From Scyliorhinus canicula (Eukaryota), in assembly GCF_902713615.1 (NCBI RefSeq), contig NC_052147.1, positions 185,716,267-185,780,266 on the forward strand: 64,000 nt of DNA, given 5' to 3'. How positions within the stretch are numbered: position 1 is the stretch's first letter; each line of letters starts with the position of its first letter. A program made the translations under genes and the position numbers. Under the pieces are notes generated by a model that saw nothing but the letters and a program-made list of their open reading frames with translations, was not told the origin of the DNA and did no database searches. This document shows, piece by piece, positions 13,608 to 26,715 of this stretch.

Positions 13608-13944
13608 TTGCTTGTTGTGTATGTCATGGCTGTTTTGTTTTTTTGTCTAATTTTAAACAAATTCACCTTAATGCTATTTTTTATTTGATTGTCTCATTTT
13701 AAACAAATTCACCTTAATGCTATTTTGTATTTGATTGTTAAGTGTTTAAAATAATTGTATTGTTGTTGTTGTGGCATTAGCCTCTTGGCTAAGTCATTAT
13801 TGTAAATGAGAATCAGTTCTCAATTGACTTAACTGGCTAAATAAGTTCAAATAAAAAGACTACTCTCCAGAAAAAGAATTCCTCATCTGTTCCCTAAAAT
13901 CTTTAAATGACCTACTCGCCAGCAGGAATAATCTTTCTCAACAC

Positions 13945-14949
13945 ATTGGTTGGCGCTGTTGCTTCACAGCGTCAGAGACCGAGTTATATTCCCAGCTTGG
14001 GTCAGTGTCTGTGCGGAGTCTGCACGTTTCCCCCGTGTCTACGTGGGTTTCCTTCAGGTGCTCCTGTCACCTCCCACAAGTCCTGAAAGACGTGGGGCGG
14101 GATTCTCCGACCCCCCGCCGGGTCAGTGAATCGCTGGGGGCCGGCGTCAATCCTGCCCCGCCATGTCCCGAAGTTTCCGGCACCGGAGATTCGGCGGGGG
14201 CGGGAATCGCACCGCGCCTATCGGCACCCCCCCCCCCAGCCCCCCCCCGGGTGATTCCCCGGCCCGCAATGGGCCGAAGTCCCATGCTGGTACCCCCGGC
14301 ATGGATCAAACCACCTACCTTATCGGCGGGACCAGTCGACGCGAGCGGGCTCCGGGGTCCTGGGGTGTGGGGGGGGGGGGGGGGGCAATCTGCCCCCGGG
14401 GGGTGCCCCCATGGTGGCCTGGCCCGCGATCGGGGCCCACCGATCGGCGGGCGGGCGGGCCTGTGCCGTGGTGGCACTCTTTCCTTCCGCCTTCACCATG
14501 GTCTTCACGATGGCGGAGGCGGAAGTGACCCCCTCCCCTGCGCAGGGATGACATCACCAGCCGCTGACGCTCTGGTGCATGCACAGATTTCCGCCGGCCG
14601 GCAAAGTCTCTTTAGCCCTGGCTGCCGTGGCACCAAAGGCTGTTCCCGCCAGCCGGCGGAGTGCCAACCACTCTGCCGCGTGCCTAGCCCCACAATGTTG
14701 GGCCCTAACGGTGCGGAGACTTCCGCACCTTTGGGGCGGCCCGACGCCGGAGTGGTTCACGCCACTCCATCACGCCAGGACCCCCGCCCCGCCGGGTAGG
14801 GGAGAATCCCGACCGTGCTTGTTAAGTGAATTGGGCATTCTGAATTATCCCTCAGGTGCCGGAGTGTGGCGACAAGTGATTTTCACAGTAACTTAATTGC
14901 AGTGTTAATGTAAGCCTACTTGTGACACTAATAAATATTATTATTATTA
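13945..14949 (+). mobile_element. V-SINE with alternative tail (ends in ATT repeats), split by a Harbinger MITE
   Basis: V-core start at 14005-14094 resumes at 14815. Tail ACAGTAACTTAATTGCAGTGTTAATGTAAGCCTACTTGTGACACTAATAAA followed by (ATT)n. Confidence 0.82.
14095..14814. mobile_element. Non-autonomous Harbinger-type MITE (720 bp)
   Basis: TIRs GGGCGGGATTCTCC / GGAGAATCCCGACC; 3-bp TSD GTG; GC-rich interior with no coherent protein. Confidence 0.85.
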
Positions 14950-14989
14950 AAACCCATTACCTTGCATCATTACTTCACCTTGTTTGTAA

Positions 14990-15930
14990 CTTTACCAACA
15001 TATCCTTGTTACTGAAGTCCCTCATTACAGGTAACAACCTGGTCAACCTCCTCTGTACCTTTCTGAAATCTTTACATATTTCCTGAAGTGTGGTGCCAAG
15101 AATACTTTACAACACCCCAATTGGGGTCTAACTTTTGATTTATTATATTTAGGACTGATCGCTTTGCTTTTGTATTCTATTCCTCTATTTATAAATTGCA
15201 GTAGCTTTAATCTTTTAAAATCCGCTTACCCTGCTACATTTAAGGACTAATGCAAACAGATATCAATGTATTTGTTCATTTACAGGTTTAATATTTATAT
15301 CACATTAGCTTTCCAAAATGCATCACTTTCAGTTCTCCACATTGAGTTCCATCTACCATGCTTCTGTCTATTCACAAGTTTTCACCATCCTGAAGCCTAC
15401 AGCCACCTTCATCACTATCTCCTACTTTGCACCTTACCAAACTCTACATTCCTGCTCCATAAACCAAAATCTAGGCCGCTTATAAAAACTGAGGAGTATT
15501 GTACCCGGAACTGAACCTTGCGAAGACAATTGCAAATGAACTCCTAATCTGACCTTTCCACCCTTTGTTTCCTGGTATTCAGCTTCTTTTGTGCCTATGT
15601 GCACAATCTATATTGTTAATAGGCCTCCCTTGTGGCACTTTGTTAAGTGCCTTCAGGAAGTCCATATAATAGTACAACATCTATTGTATTGCCTTGATCA
15701 ACCTTCTCTGTACCATCATCAATAAAATGATTAAAATTTGTCAGAAACAATTTGCCTTCAACAAATCCATTCTGGTTGTCCTCAATTAACCCGTGTCTTT
15801 CTTAAAGGAAGTTTACTTTTCTCCCATCACCTATCTGAGGCCTATAGGCTTGCAGTTTCCTGGTTTATCCCACTCTCCTTTCTTGAGCAATGAAATAACA
15901 TGAGCAAGCCTCCAGCGCCATTCTGGTATA
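14990..15930 (-). mobile_element. Old CR1 fragment
   Basis: Degraded similarity to the CR1 RT and C-terminal region. Confidence 0.55.
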
Positions 15931-17918
15931 CACTCGCCATATTTATCCAGTACATATGTTTCTGACTATTCATTAAGCAGACATATTTACTCTTAAATGT
16001 TTTAACTAACATGGTGGATAAAGTGATGAGAGTCACCCAAGGTTAAAAAAAAAGATGTAGATGAGTAGAAGGAGAAGTCGGAGGGTAAGCATAGGTTCAA
16101 ATGGGTCAAGAGTCATTGGAACCCCTCTGAATTTGTCCTAGTCTACTAAAATAAATGATAGATCTGTTATATTCAGGCTCTGAAGTATTTCAAATCTCTC
16201 TTTCCTCACTTGCCATATCCCAGGACCCTGTTCTCCACCTCCCACTTCAATACCTCATGACATTCTGTACTCACAATCCCCTAAATGACATTCCTGACCT
16301 CAGAACCTCCCCTAAATCGAAGAAGTCCTTCATTAAATGTTTTCAAATTCCAGTATCCCTCTCTTAGGTGATCACAGATCAAGGACCACAATTTTCCATG
16401 CCAGGATTCTCAGAAGCCTGAAACCCTTCCCCAGCCCCACTCATGCTGACCTCATACCAATACTGTTGAATATGGGCACCTCTTGCAAGGCGAGTCAATA
16501 GTTATATTAATGTGGCTGATAATGGTACTTGGCATTTTTACAAAACCCCAACTCGATGTTTTTTCCGAGTACAGATCAAATATCTTTTAACAGAAACCAA
16601 GAGGGGTTTGGATTTTAGATATATCTCATATAAACGTGCATTACAACGGCCTCAGTCTAGTCTAGCTATAGTCCAAGGTGAATTAAATGGCTAGAAATGT
16701 AAGATATATCACTGAATAATAAATACTCAGTACCTGTAATATGTTTACTTTGGAGATATTCACCACAAAAGTCACAAAGTAAATAATGCAGACAAACAAC
16801 GGACTTCCCACGCTAATGGTTGATGAGGCTCAAAAATGTATAGATTTTGGATGTATAAGGTTTTGTTCGGAAAACAAAGGGATTGATATGTGCTTTGGTA
16901 AAGAAAAATAGAAATAAGGTATAGTTTTGTGTATGTTTAATTTCATGTTTCTGTGCCTGGAAAAGTAAAACTATAGTCAGATTCATGCTGGACAAAAGAT
17001 GGGTGTTTGTTCAGTTCCAACTGTGTCTCCATTGGGCTTAGAGGGGGTTAGGTGTGAAGAGTAAATAGAAATGAGTCGCTGCTTAGCAACAGGGACCACT
17101 TTCCAGCGGAAAATGTGAATTTTTTGGCTCTCGGAGACAGGACACTAGGAAGTGAACATCTTTCAATTCTGCCAGAAGCTGGACAGGACAAGGGAGTTGC
17201 AAACATGCAGGCTTCCTAAGGAACAACTTATACATAGCCCAGATAACCAAGGAATGAAGACAGAAAAAATGTTTAAGACACATGGGTTGAAGAGAACAGA
17301 TACCAAGGTAAGGGCTTTTCATGGTAGCTTCATTGCAGTGTTGAAAGCCTAACTGTGACAATAATAAAAGATTATTATTAGAAGAATTCATGGAATAGTG
17401 AACAGTGTTTTGAGTGAGACAATTGTCGTAATTAAATTTAAAGTGGGACAGCAAGATTCAGAGGTAAATTAATGTTTGATGCCATTTTACTAGAGTCTGG
17501 GAATTGAGAGTTAAGGCAATTGTGAACCGTTTGCACAGTATTCAAGACAAAGATATCCCAAGGGGATTGGTGTAAAACCTGGACTGGATCCACTGTTAAA
17601 AGTGGAGTGCAAACTTTGTTTCAACGTGCCATTAGGAAAACACGGCCTGGACTTTGAAATGCAAACCGCAAAGGGAAAGCATTATTGTGAGAGAAGGTTT
17701 TAAAGCATGCTTTTGAGTTTGGAAACTCTCCTGTGACAATTTTCTGGGAGGAATCTAAAGGAAGATCCACAGACACTAACTTGGGTTCATAGCAGAGTGT
17801 GTATTTGAGTACAGTCAATCTGAGTGCATAGATGGACTTTGTGTTCAGGAGATCATTGTAGCTTAAAGTGTACTCTGTAGTCCATGTTAATCTTAAAATC
17901 TGTTGATATTTATAGCGA

Positions 17919-18116
17919 CATAAGAATCCCTACAGTACAGAAGGAGGCCACTCAACCAATCAAGTCTGCATCAACCCTCTGAAAGAGCACCCTACTAGAC
18001 CCACTCCCCCATCCTATCCCCATAATCCCACCTATTCTTTGGACACTAAGGGGCAATTTAGTATGGCCAATCCACTTAACCTGCACATTTTTGGACTGTG
18101 ACAGGAAACCAGAGCA
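17919..18116 (-). mobile_element. 5'-truncated HE1-type SINE
   Basis: Tail and part of the V core (GGGCAATTTAGTATGGCCAATCCAC). Confidence 0.75.
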
Positions 18117-18324
18117 ATTGAATTCACACAAAACAAAAGAATGCTCATAGAAAGTTCATCTCGACCTGAAATGTTAACTTGCTTTCTCTGCACAGATGCC
18201 TGACCAGCTGAGTGTTTCCAGCATCTTTTGTTTCTGTTTCAAATATCCAGTGTTTGCAGCATTTTTCTTTTGTATTAAAATTCAAGAATATCATTCATTT
18301 ACAATTTCTCCTCATCTAATCATG

Positions 18325-19260
18325 GAAGCGATCGAACGGCTATGCCTTGCCCGAAAAGCAGCTCACCGCGGCGCACTGTACCCGGCTCACAACGCCTCAC
18401 GAGACTAACATGTTCTCACGAGATGTTGCGATATAAATCCCGCCCATTGTGGGTGGTATCACTATTTGGAAAATCTGCATATTAAAGTGAGGGGATCTAT
18501 CCCCTCCGTCTCAGAGACCTCGGGCAAACGCCGTTCAGTACTGGTCTCCACAATTGGGGACCAGACCCAACGCGACCCATCGAGGTCTCCCAGGGATTGG
18601 ACGTTCCCAGGGGCATGTCTTTACTGGGTGGCTCAGTAGCATAGTGGTTAGCACTATTGCTTCACAGCACCAGGGACCCGGGTTCGATTCCTGGCTTGGG
18701 TCACTGTCTGTGTTGAATCTGCACGTTCTCCCAGTATCTGCACGGGTTTCCTCCAGGCGTTCGGTTTCCTCCAGGTCCTGCAAGCTGTTAGGTGAATTGG
18801 ACATTCTGAATTCTCCCTCTGTGTACCCAAACAGGCACCAGAGTGTGTCGACTGGGGATTTTCACAGTAACTTCATCTGCAGTGTTAATGTAAGCCTGCT
18901 CATGACACTAATAAAGATTATTATTATTTGTTCAGCGTGGAGCCCTGGACTGCTGGTGCCAGCCTGGCACCCTGGCAGTGATGATCGGGGCAGGGATGCA
19001 AGGGTGTAGCTTCAAGGACTCCAGAGATCAGGGGCTCAAAAGATTTAAAAATTGCATCCCAATCTCTCAACGCTGAGGAGTTCCTCACTGCACAAAACGG
19101 GGCTGAGCGCGGCCTCGGCCGCATGTTCCCCACTGAGGCACCCTATCTAACCCAGGTGCCATTTTATTGTGTTGTTTCTTAGCGCTGCGAGCACCGGGAG
19201 ACGTGTAGCTAAATGCACTCACTATGGGACTTTTGTTACCATTTAGTTAAATCTCACCCC
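18325..19260. mobile_element. Degraded Harbinger-type MITE interrupted by a SINE
   Basis: GC-rich flanks resembling the other MITEs; right end AAATCTCACCC resembles the TIR; left TIR not seen. Confidence 0.4.
18628..18928 (+). mobile_element. V-SINE with alternative (ATT-ending) tail
   Basis: A and B boxes (GGTTCGATTCC at ~18681), V core, tail ending AATAAAGATTATTATTAT. Confidence 0.85.
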
Positions 19261-20387
19261 ATGTTTGAAAACCCAATGAGCAGAAGTGATTATACAATTT
19301 GAGAATCAGTCCTCAAACAATGTGAAACTCGAGTCAGGTTCTAAATGCTTATTTCTTGATTGGCCACAAAAGATCAAAGGGATGGATGATGGTTGTATCA
19401 TTCGACTTAGTGTGTAGTCAAATCAAAGAGTTGGAAGGAAAACAATATTGTGACATGTACAAGATTCTTTTATTGTCAAAGATAACTGCATACTCTGGGG
19501 CATGAGAAACCCAAAGCTCTAAATAATGTTCCAGCTAACAACAGGAACTAAATGTGTATATTTGTCAGATTAAACAGTCATGCCTACCAGAAAGACAACA
19601 ATTCCAATACATAATTTTAGTTGCTAAGTCTTGCACCAAGCCAATCTATATTAACATTACAGTCGCCAGAATCCCTTGGAGCTCAAACTGTCATGAACAG
19701 GTAAATTATTTCCCCATTACTCGGCCGAACATTAACAATTTGCACACAATGCCACGGGCCAAATGTATTGATATTAGTCCAAAGTCAAGAAACAATTAAT
19801 GAGAATCATTCATCCTCATGAGCAGAATAAATTAAGTTTATGAACATGCTCTATGATTTCCTTGATTTGAAGTATCAATTGATTATTTTTTTGAAAAGTA
19901 CAAATAAATAAGTTCTGCTCATGCATTTCCTCTCTTGCTCAGAGGCAAAGAGAGGACAGGATAAAAAAAATACATACATTAGAAATGTCGGTAACACATT
20001 AGAATCTGACCGAGAAATTAAAATAATATTTTCCATTGACTTATTTAAGTAATTTAAGTATATTGACATAATATACATCAGTACAGAAAGTAACTTTGGA
20101 CAGTGCATCTTCAACAACATTGACGTATATATCTTTCAAAGTGATTCCAGCTGTTATTTTCAATTCTAATCCAGTTGAATAGTTTGCCACCTAAATAATT
20201 AATACAAAATAACAAGCCATTTTGGGAAGAAAGTAGTTATATCATCATGACATTGATCTTCCGTCGAATTCCACATTTTGTTTTTTTTATGAACCAACTT
20301 GTAACATAGGTTGGGATGCATTTGGTCCCCCTGGCTAACCTCCTCCAGGAGAAAGACTTTAAAATTGTGAAGGGGTTTGATAGTGAT

Positions 20388-22112
20388 TTTTATTCTTTCA
20401 TGGGATGTGGCTGTTGCTGGCAAGGCCAGCATCTGTTGCCCATCTCTAACTGCTCTTGATGAAGTAGTGATGAGCCACTTTCTTGAACTGTTGCAATCCA
20501 TCTGGTTCAGGTACACCAGCAGTGTTGTTCAAAAGAAAGTTCTAGGACTTTGACCCCGCATTAGTGAAGGAATGGTAATCGAGTTCCAAGTCAGGATGAA
20601 GTGTGGCTTGTAGGGGAACTGTGGTGTTCCCACAGTCTTCTAGGTGGTAGAGTTTACAAGTTTGGAAGGTGCTTTGGTGAGTTGCTATAGTGCATTTGGT
20701 ATCTAGTACACAATGCTGCCACTGTGCATCAATGGAGGAGTGAAAATGTAACTTGGTGAATGGATGCCAGTCAAGCGGACTTCTCTATCCTGGATGGTGT
20801 CAACCTGGAGTGTTGTTGGATTCACACTCACCAGGCAACTCGAGCAAATTCCAGCACATTCCTGATATTTGTCCCATATAAGGCAGACAGTTTTGGGAGT
20901 CAGGCGGTAAGTTACTCACCACACAATTCCAAGCCTCTGACATGCTGTTGCAGCCACAATATTTCTATGGCTGGTCTATTTCAGTTTCTGGTCAATGGTA
21001 ACCCACAGGATACTGAGAATGGAAGGTTCAGTGATGGCAATGCCATTAAATGTAATGGGAGATGGTTAGATTCTCTCTTTGGAGATCAATAGAATCCCTA
21101 CAGTGCAGAAGGCCATTCGGCTCATCTAGTTTGCATCAACCATCTGAGTAGCACTGTTGCTTCACAGCGTCAGGGTCCCAGGTTCGATTCCCAGCTTGGG
21201 TCACTGTCTGTGCGGAGTCTGCACGTTCTCCTGATGTCTGCGTGGGTTTCCTCCAGGTGCTCTGGTTTCCTCCCACAAGTCCCGAAAGACATGCTGTTTG
21301 GTAAATTGGACATTCTGTATTCTCCCTCTGTGTACCCCAACAGGCGCCATAAGTGATATTAGAGGCTTTTCACAGTAAATTCATTGCTATGTTAGCCTAT
21401 TTGTGACAATAAAGATTATTATTATAAAGAACGCTCTACCTAAGCCCACTCCACCACCCTATCCCCGGAGCCCCATACATTGATCATGGCCAATCCACCT
21501 AACCTGCACATCTTTGGAGGCTAAAGTGCAATTTAGCATAGCCAATCCACCTAACCTGCACATCTTTGGGCTGTGGGAGGAAACAGGAGCACCCGGAGGA
21601 AACCCAGGCAGACAGGAACACAATGTGCAAACTCCACACTGACAGTCACCCAAGGCTGGAATTGAACCCAGTCCCTGGTGCTGTGAAGCGACAGTGCTAA
21701 CCACTGTGCCACCATATTGCCAGGCACTTGTGTAGCATGCATGTTACTCGCCACTTATCAATCCAAGCCCGAATGTTATCAAGGTCATTCTGCATTTTTG
21801 CATGCATTGCTTTATTGCTGAGGATGGTAACGAGCATTGTGCAATCATCAGTGGACATCCCCATTTCTGACCTTATAATGGAATTAATGTCATTGATGAA
21901 GCAGCTGAAGATGATTTAGACTAAAACACTGCCACACTCCTGCAGTGATGTTCCAGGACTGAGACGATTGGCCTCCAACCATAACCATCTTCCTTGGTGT
22001 TAGTTATGACTTCAACCAGTGGAGGTAATTCCCATTGACTTCAAGTTTTACTCGGGCTTCTTGATTTCAAACTCAAACAAATGCTGCTTTGATGACAAGG
22101 GCAATCACTCTT
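20388..22112 (-). mobile_element. CR1/L2-group LINE fragment interrupted by nested SINEs at ~21088-21717
   Basis: 3' tail at ~20390-20520 is the inverse of 10821-10961; RT-like sequence lies on both sides of the SINE block. Confidence 0.6.
21088..21717 (-). mobile_element. HE1-type SINE with an opposite-strand ATT-tailed SINE (21148-21425) nested in its tail
   Basis: HE1 tail at 21088-21147 resumes at ~21426. Internal duplication of GCCAATCCACCTAACCTGCACATCTTTGG. The inner SINE has a B box and an ATT tail. Confidence 0.82.
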
Positions 22113-22149
22113 GTCAAGATCTTTGAATAAAATGAAGTCTCTTGATTAA

Positions 22150-22280
22150 CCAGGGGATCAGGGGTTATGGGGAGAAGGCAGGAGAATGTGGATGAGGAAA
22201 ATATCAGCCATGATTGAATGGTAGAGCAGATTCAAAGGGCTGAGTGGTCTAATTCTGCTTCTATGTCTTATGTTCTTATG
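22150..22280 (+). mobile_element. CR1 3' terminus
   Basis: GGGATCAGGGGTTATGGGGAGAAGGCAGGAGAATG...CTATGTCTTATGTTCTTATG; inverse of the tail at ~41915-42040. Confidence 0.7.
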
Positions 22281-23559
22281 GACTCAAGAATTGAATAAAA
22301 TAAAGATTAAAGATGTTTTGGACAAAATAAAGAACTGGATAAAAGGGGCACTGATAGGAGCACAGCTGTCTGGAGGGGTTCTGATATGCAAATTAGCTTT
22401 GCAGCAGGAAAACAAATGTTTACTTAAGTAGCATGGGGAACAATCGGATATATAAATTATGGGGTTAAAACTGTATCGTGGGCGAGTTCAAAGTGGAGAC
22501 TGAAGAATACAATTTACACTCACATGCCAAAATCATCCAAGGTGAGTTGTAGTTCAGAGCTCAGTATATTAGTAGCCAGTTAGTTTCTCAGAGTTCAGAA
22601 GTACAACTGGTAAGCAGTCAAGGCCACAGCCATGTCCAGCTGGAAATCAGAAGAGCCACTGAGAATAAGTGCCTGGTCTAAATGGAAGCTAAATTATGTA
22701 TAATAAACACGATTGGAGATAAATATTATCTTAAACATTACTGTGCTTTATTTGTATTTCAAATGACATCAGAGATGGCAGTACAATTTTGCGATATGAG
22801 CCAGTCAGAATACTTCATATGCTGCCAGCTTGTACAAAATGGTCTGCCTGTCATTCCCACTACCAACGTGCGATTCATACATATAACACAGTACCTTGGA
22901 TATTACTATTACAAAAAAAATTAATCGAATTTTTACAAACTCTTTTATGTAATCCTTGGCCAATTTTGAAGTTTTAATCTTTAACATTTTAAAGCTGAGA
23001 ATACAGTTGAAGAGACATTTGATTTTTGGCAGAAAAGGGACAGTGAACTGACCTTCTTATTTGGTAGCATTGGAGAATCATTTTGGAATTGCTAATACTG
23101 GGCAAGGGTTAACCTGTGCGAAGGATATGTGACGTTTGGCAGCATACAGTTTTTATTGGTAAATTCCTGGTTTGTTTGCAGCGAGAGGAGAGATAAGTAA
23201 TGGATCTAAAACACTAATTCACAAGCTTTGAAGGCACCTTTGAAGATATATCTGCAAATGTGACATCAGAAAACACTTTAAGCATGAAAAGGTAGTGGAA
23301 ATACATATCGCTTTCTCTCAAAGAGCTGCTGAGGTTAGGCCAACTAAATATTTCAGAAGAGAGAGACGTAGAATTTTGTTACACAAGGTTATCAAGGGAT
23401 ACAGATGCAAGGTGGCAAAAAGGAGATAAGATATGGATTAGCCACAATGAACATTTTAACTGAATATTTCAACAGGTTCTAGGAGCTGAATGATTGAAAT
23501 CTCTTCCAGTCAGAACGAAGGAACCCCAAATTATATTTGCCAGAGTGGGCATTTGGCAA

Positions 23560-24250
23560 GTCTCGAGAGAACAAAGTGGGAAGAATTGAATTGACCATGT
23601 CCTCACATATTGAGTAATTGCAAACGTATTGATACATGACGGCATTTGTGGGATACTATTCCCAGTACAGTGCACCATGCAGTTCTTGAGGAGACAAAGC
23701 CCATCTTCACACAGAGGACTCTCCATCATACTGCATGACATGACCAGTGTTAAAATTAGATAAATTCAGAACAGATCTTGGACATCCAAGAGGCCCAATT
23801 GGCCATCCGCAGCAACAGAACTGCAACAGAACTGTATTCCATCAATTGAACAATTTTTTAAAATGAGCAAGAGGTGGAGGCCCCAGGAACATCCCATCCT
23901 TAATGATGGCAAAGAAAAGGTAAAGGCTGAAGTGCTGCAACCATTTTCAGCCAAAAACAGCAGGCAAATAATCCATCACAATTTTTTCCCTGGGTTTACT
24001 GCCATCACAGATGCCAGTCATTAGCCAATTTGATTCACTTGATGAGCTATCAAGAAATATTGGGTGGTGCCCAAAGTCTTTGCTGTATCCAATGGAAAAG
24101 TGTCAGTGTATGCCCTATCCACAAAAAGCAAGCCATATACAATCCAACCAATTATCACCCCATCAACCTTCTCTCAATCACCAGAAAAGTAATGGAAGGT
24201 GTTGCTGGCAATGTTATCAAATGGGACTTAGTCAACCAATGCTTATTTTG
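23560..24250 (+). mobile_element. CR1/L2-group LINE RT fragment
   Basis: CPIHKKQAIYNPTNYHPINLLSITRKVMEG, a YRPISLLS-type motif. Confidence 0.65.
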
Positions 24251-24255
24251 GATTC

Positions 24256-24342
24256 CATGATGTGGAGATGCCAGCGTTGGACTGGGGTGAGCACAGTAAG
24301 AAGTCTTACAACAGCAGATTTAAGTCCAACAGATTTGTTTCG
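24256..24342 (-). mobile_element. Penelope-like terminal fragment
   Basis: GATGTGGAGATGCCAGCGTTGGACTGGGGTGAGCACAGTAAGAAGTCTTAC, shared with the other copies. Confidence 0.7.
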
Positions 24343-24469
24343 ATCGGGTCAATCGGGTTTCCCATTGTTGGGCAGCCCACGCCACCGGGGAACCGGCAAA
24401 AGGAAGAATCCCACCGGTGAAGAATCCCGCCCAAGGTTTGAGACTGTGTGGAATGGGATTGTTTTAAGG

Positions 24470-24770
24470 CAATGTTTTTCAAACTTTTTTCCCCGGGGAC
24501 CCATTTTTACCAACCGGCCGACTTTCGGGACCCGCGCCAGCTGACCTACGCAACCCATCATTTTTGCTTACCTTTAATGCGACAGGTGAGCCTGCTTGGT
24601 CCTCACGATCTCACTTGCTTTGTCATTCAATGTTACATTTCTGTATGGGTTGTGCATTAGCGATCCTGGAGCTCACACCAGCACTGCTTTGTCCTGCCAT
24701 GGACTTTCCTGGTTCCTGCGAAGCTCTCTCCAGCAGACTCAGTTGCGAGATGCTGGTCTGTTTGTGTCTC
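24470..24770. mobile_element. Possible hAT (Charlie-type) transposon end
   Basis: CAATGTTTTTCAAACT resembles Charlie-type TIRs; second TIR not found. Confidence 0.35.
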
Positions 24771-24771
24771 T

Positions 24772-24951
24772 GGGCTGTTTAGCACAGGGCTAAATCGCTG
24801 GCTTTGAAAGCAGACCAAGGCAGACCATCAGCACGGTTCAATTCCCGGACCAGCCTCCCCGAACAGGCACCAGAATGTGGTGACTAGGGGCTATTCACAG
24901 TAACTTCATTTGAAGCCTACTTGTGACAATAAGCGATTTTCATTTCATTTC
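24772..24951 (+). mobile_element. Short tRNA-derived SINE (second head type, TTTCA-repeat tail)
   Basis: GGGCTGTTTAGCACAGGGCTAAATCGCTGG...GGTTCAATTCCC (B box), shared tail, (TTTCA)n. Confidence 0.8.
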
Positions 24952-24980
24952 CTCTCTTCCTTAGTCCCAAAAAAAATCCA

Positions 24981-25133
24981 TGATATGGAGATGCCGGCAT
25001 TGGACTGGGGTGAGCATAGTAAGAAGTCTTACAACACCAGGTTAAAGTCCAACATGTTTATTTCAAACACTAGCTTTCGGAGCACTGCTCCTTCCTCAGG
25101 TGACTCACTTGTGTTGTTAGACTTATTACTGTG
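24981..25133 (-). mobile_element. Penelope-like terminal fragment with hammerhead motif (25068-25102) and short inversion
   Basis: TSD CCCAAAAAAA(A)TCCA at 24966-24980 and 25134-25147. Minus strand CACCTGAGGAAGGAGCAGTGCTCCGAAAGCTAGTG. Confidence 0.8.
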
Positions 25134-26351
25134 CCCAAAAAAATCCAGCTTCAATTCTTCACACAGTCCTGTTGCTTGCTTACTAGCAGCTACAAAACGG
25201 CAAAAGCTCTCCTCAGTAATTTTGTGCCCAGAGTATGTGACTTCAGTGGGTGCGTGACCTGCTCTCTGCCGCCACTTCTGGCGGGAAGACTAATCAATTT
25301 AAAAAATATATATCTGCTCCTGGAACAGCGCGCTAATGTACAGAGGAGACATTCTACCCCACTGGTCTCCAAGCCTGCGTAATTATATGTTCCAGATTGT
25401 GTTGTGCCAATGAAAGTCACATTGGCAGCTTACTTAGTTCAGGCCTAAATGATTGTGTAGTAGAAATAAAATGTATTTTGAAATATTTTAACACAAAATA
25501 ATAATCCAGTTTTGAACTTTGTTTTAATGGTCCTATTTATATCAAAGCAAAATCATGGCAATCTATTCAGTATCAGCACATATTACTGACTTCCGAGTCC
25601 TGCCTCACCAGTGACCCGAGTATGTGACAGAACGGCAGGAACTAAAGAATGTAGGGTGCTTGCCAATTTTATTCCCAGACTCTGACAGCCTATAGCAAAA
25701 GACCTGCCAATCACAAATTCAGAACAAAGACACAAAGGTTAGACAGGGTTTGGATATCACCTTGAATGGCAGCAGTACCCTGAATCCACTTTAACAGAGA
25801 GAATTTCTGACACAATGCATACCCAGATAGTCACATGCCTATATACTGTATGTATAAAATGTATCTTGGCAGTTCTGCAGTGATCCTTGGAGCTCTCCTC
25901 ACAATCACAACCTAGCATTCAACAAACATCAATTACTTATTTTACTAATTTGGTTCTCATTAGGGATTGTTAATAAAAAAGGCAAAATGAAGCTAATTTT
26001 CTCCCCTCTTTCCTCTGCATTTCAATGTTAACCCAAAATTGCTTACAGAAGAGATTTTCAAATTCTAATACCTGGCATAGCTACAAGTTCTATCAAAAGC
26101 ATAACATTGAGATTCTGATCTTAGACACAGTCATTACAAATGAAATAATAATTCTGAGCAACTGCAGTATGAGCATTGAGATTGTAAATTTATGTCAGAA
26201 GTAAACCATCTACTCCCAGGAATAACAAGAATGCAGTTTGGAAACACCACCAGTAATAGACTTCCATTTTTAATAAAGAAAATAGTATGATATACTTTCT
26301 CAATTAAATAAGAAAGAATATTCTAATTGTGGTGTATACAAGAAAAATAAG

Positions 26352-26489
26352 GGGCTGGATTCTCCGCCACGTGACGCTCCGTTACACCGGCTGATCAATG
26401 GGGTTTCCCATTGTGGGGAAGTCCCACGCCATCAGGAAACCTCTGGGCTGCCGGCAAAATGGAGCACTCCCCAGCAGAGAATCCAGCCT
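26352..26489. mobile_element. Short Harbinger-type MITE (138 bp)
   Basis: TIRs GGGCTGGATTCTC / GAGAATCCAGCCT; 3-bp TSD AAG; related partial copy at ~24345-24432. Confidence 0.75.
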
Positions 26490-26626
26490 AAGATTTGATA
26501 AATTTCTCAAGAAACGAGTGATGTTGAACAACACAAAGAAGACGTCGATCTTGTAGCATAAGTGGTCCTAATTGATTTTCTGTTTTCTAACTACTCAAGA
26601 GCTACTTTACCCCAATGTTAGTGTGG

Positions 26627-26708
26627 GACGCAGCGGCCGAGTGGTTAAGGCGATGGACTGCTAATCCATTGTGCTCTGCACGTGTGGGTTCGAATCCCAT
26701 CCTCGTTG
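26627..26708 (+). tRNA. tRNA-Ser(GCT) copy, probably a pseudogene
   Basis: 82 nt: GACGCAGCGGCCGAGTGGTTAAGGCGATGGACTGCTAATCCATTGTGCTCTGCACGTGTGGGTTCGAATCCCATCCTCGTTG. D, anticodon (GCT), long variable and T arms are intact. Two acceptor-stem mismatches and C at position 8. TTTT follows at 26710-26713. Confidence 0.88.
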
Positions 26709-26715
26709 ATTTTCA

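Noticed and set aside
14005-14896. Long Pro/Gly/Arg-rich ORFs (also 29903-30700 and 46736-47515)
   Set aside because: Stop-poor shadow ORFs in GC-rich MITEs, open in several frames and crossing insertion junctions.
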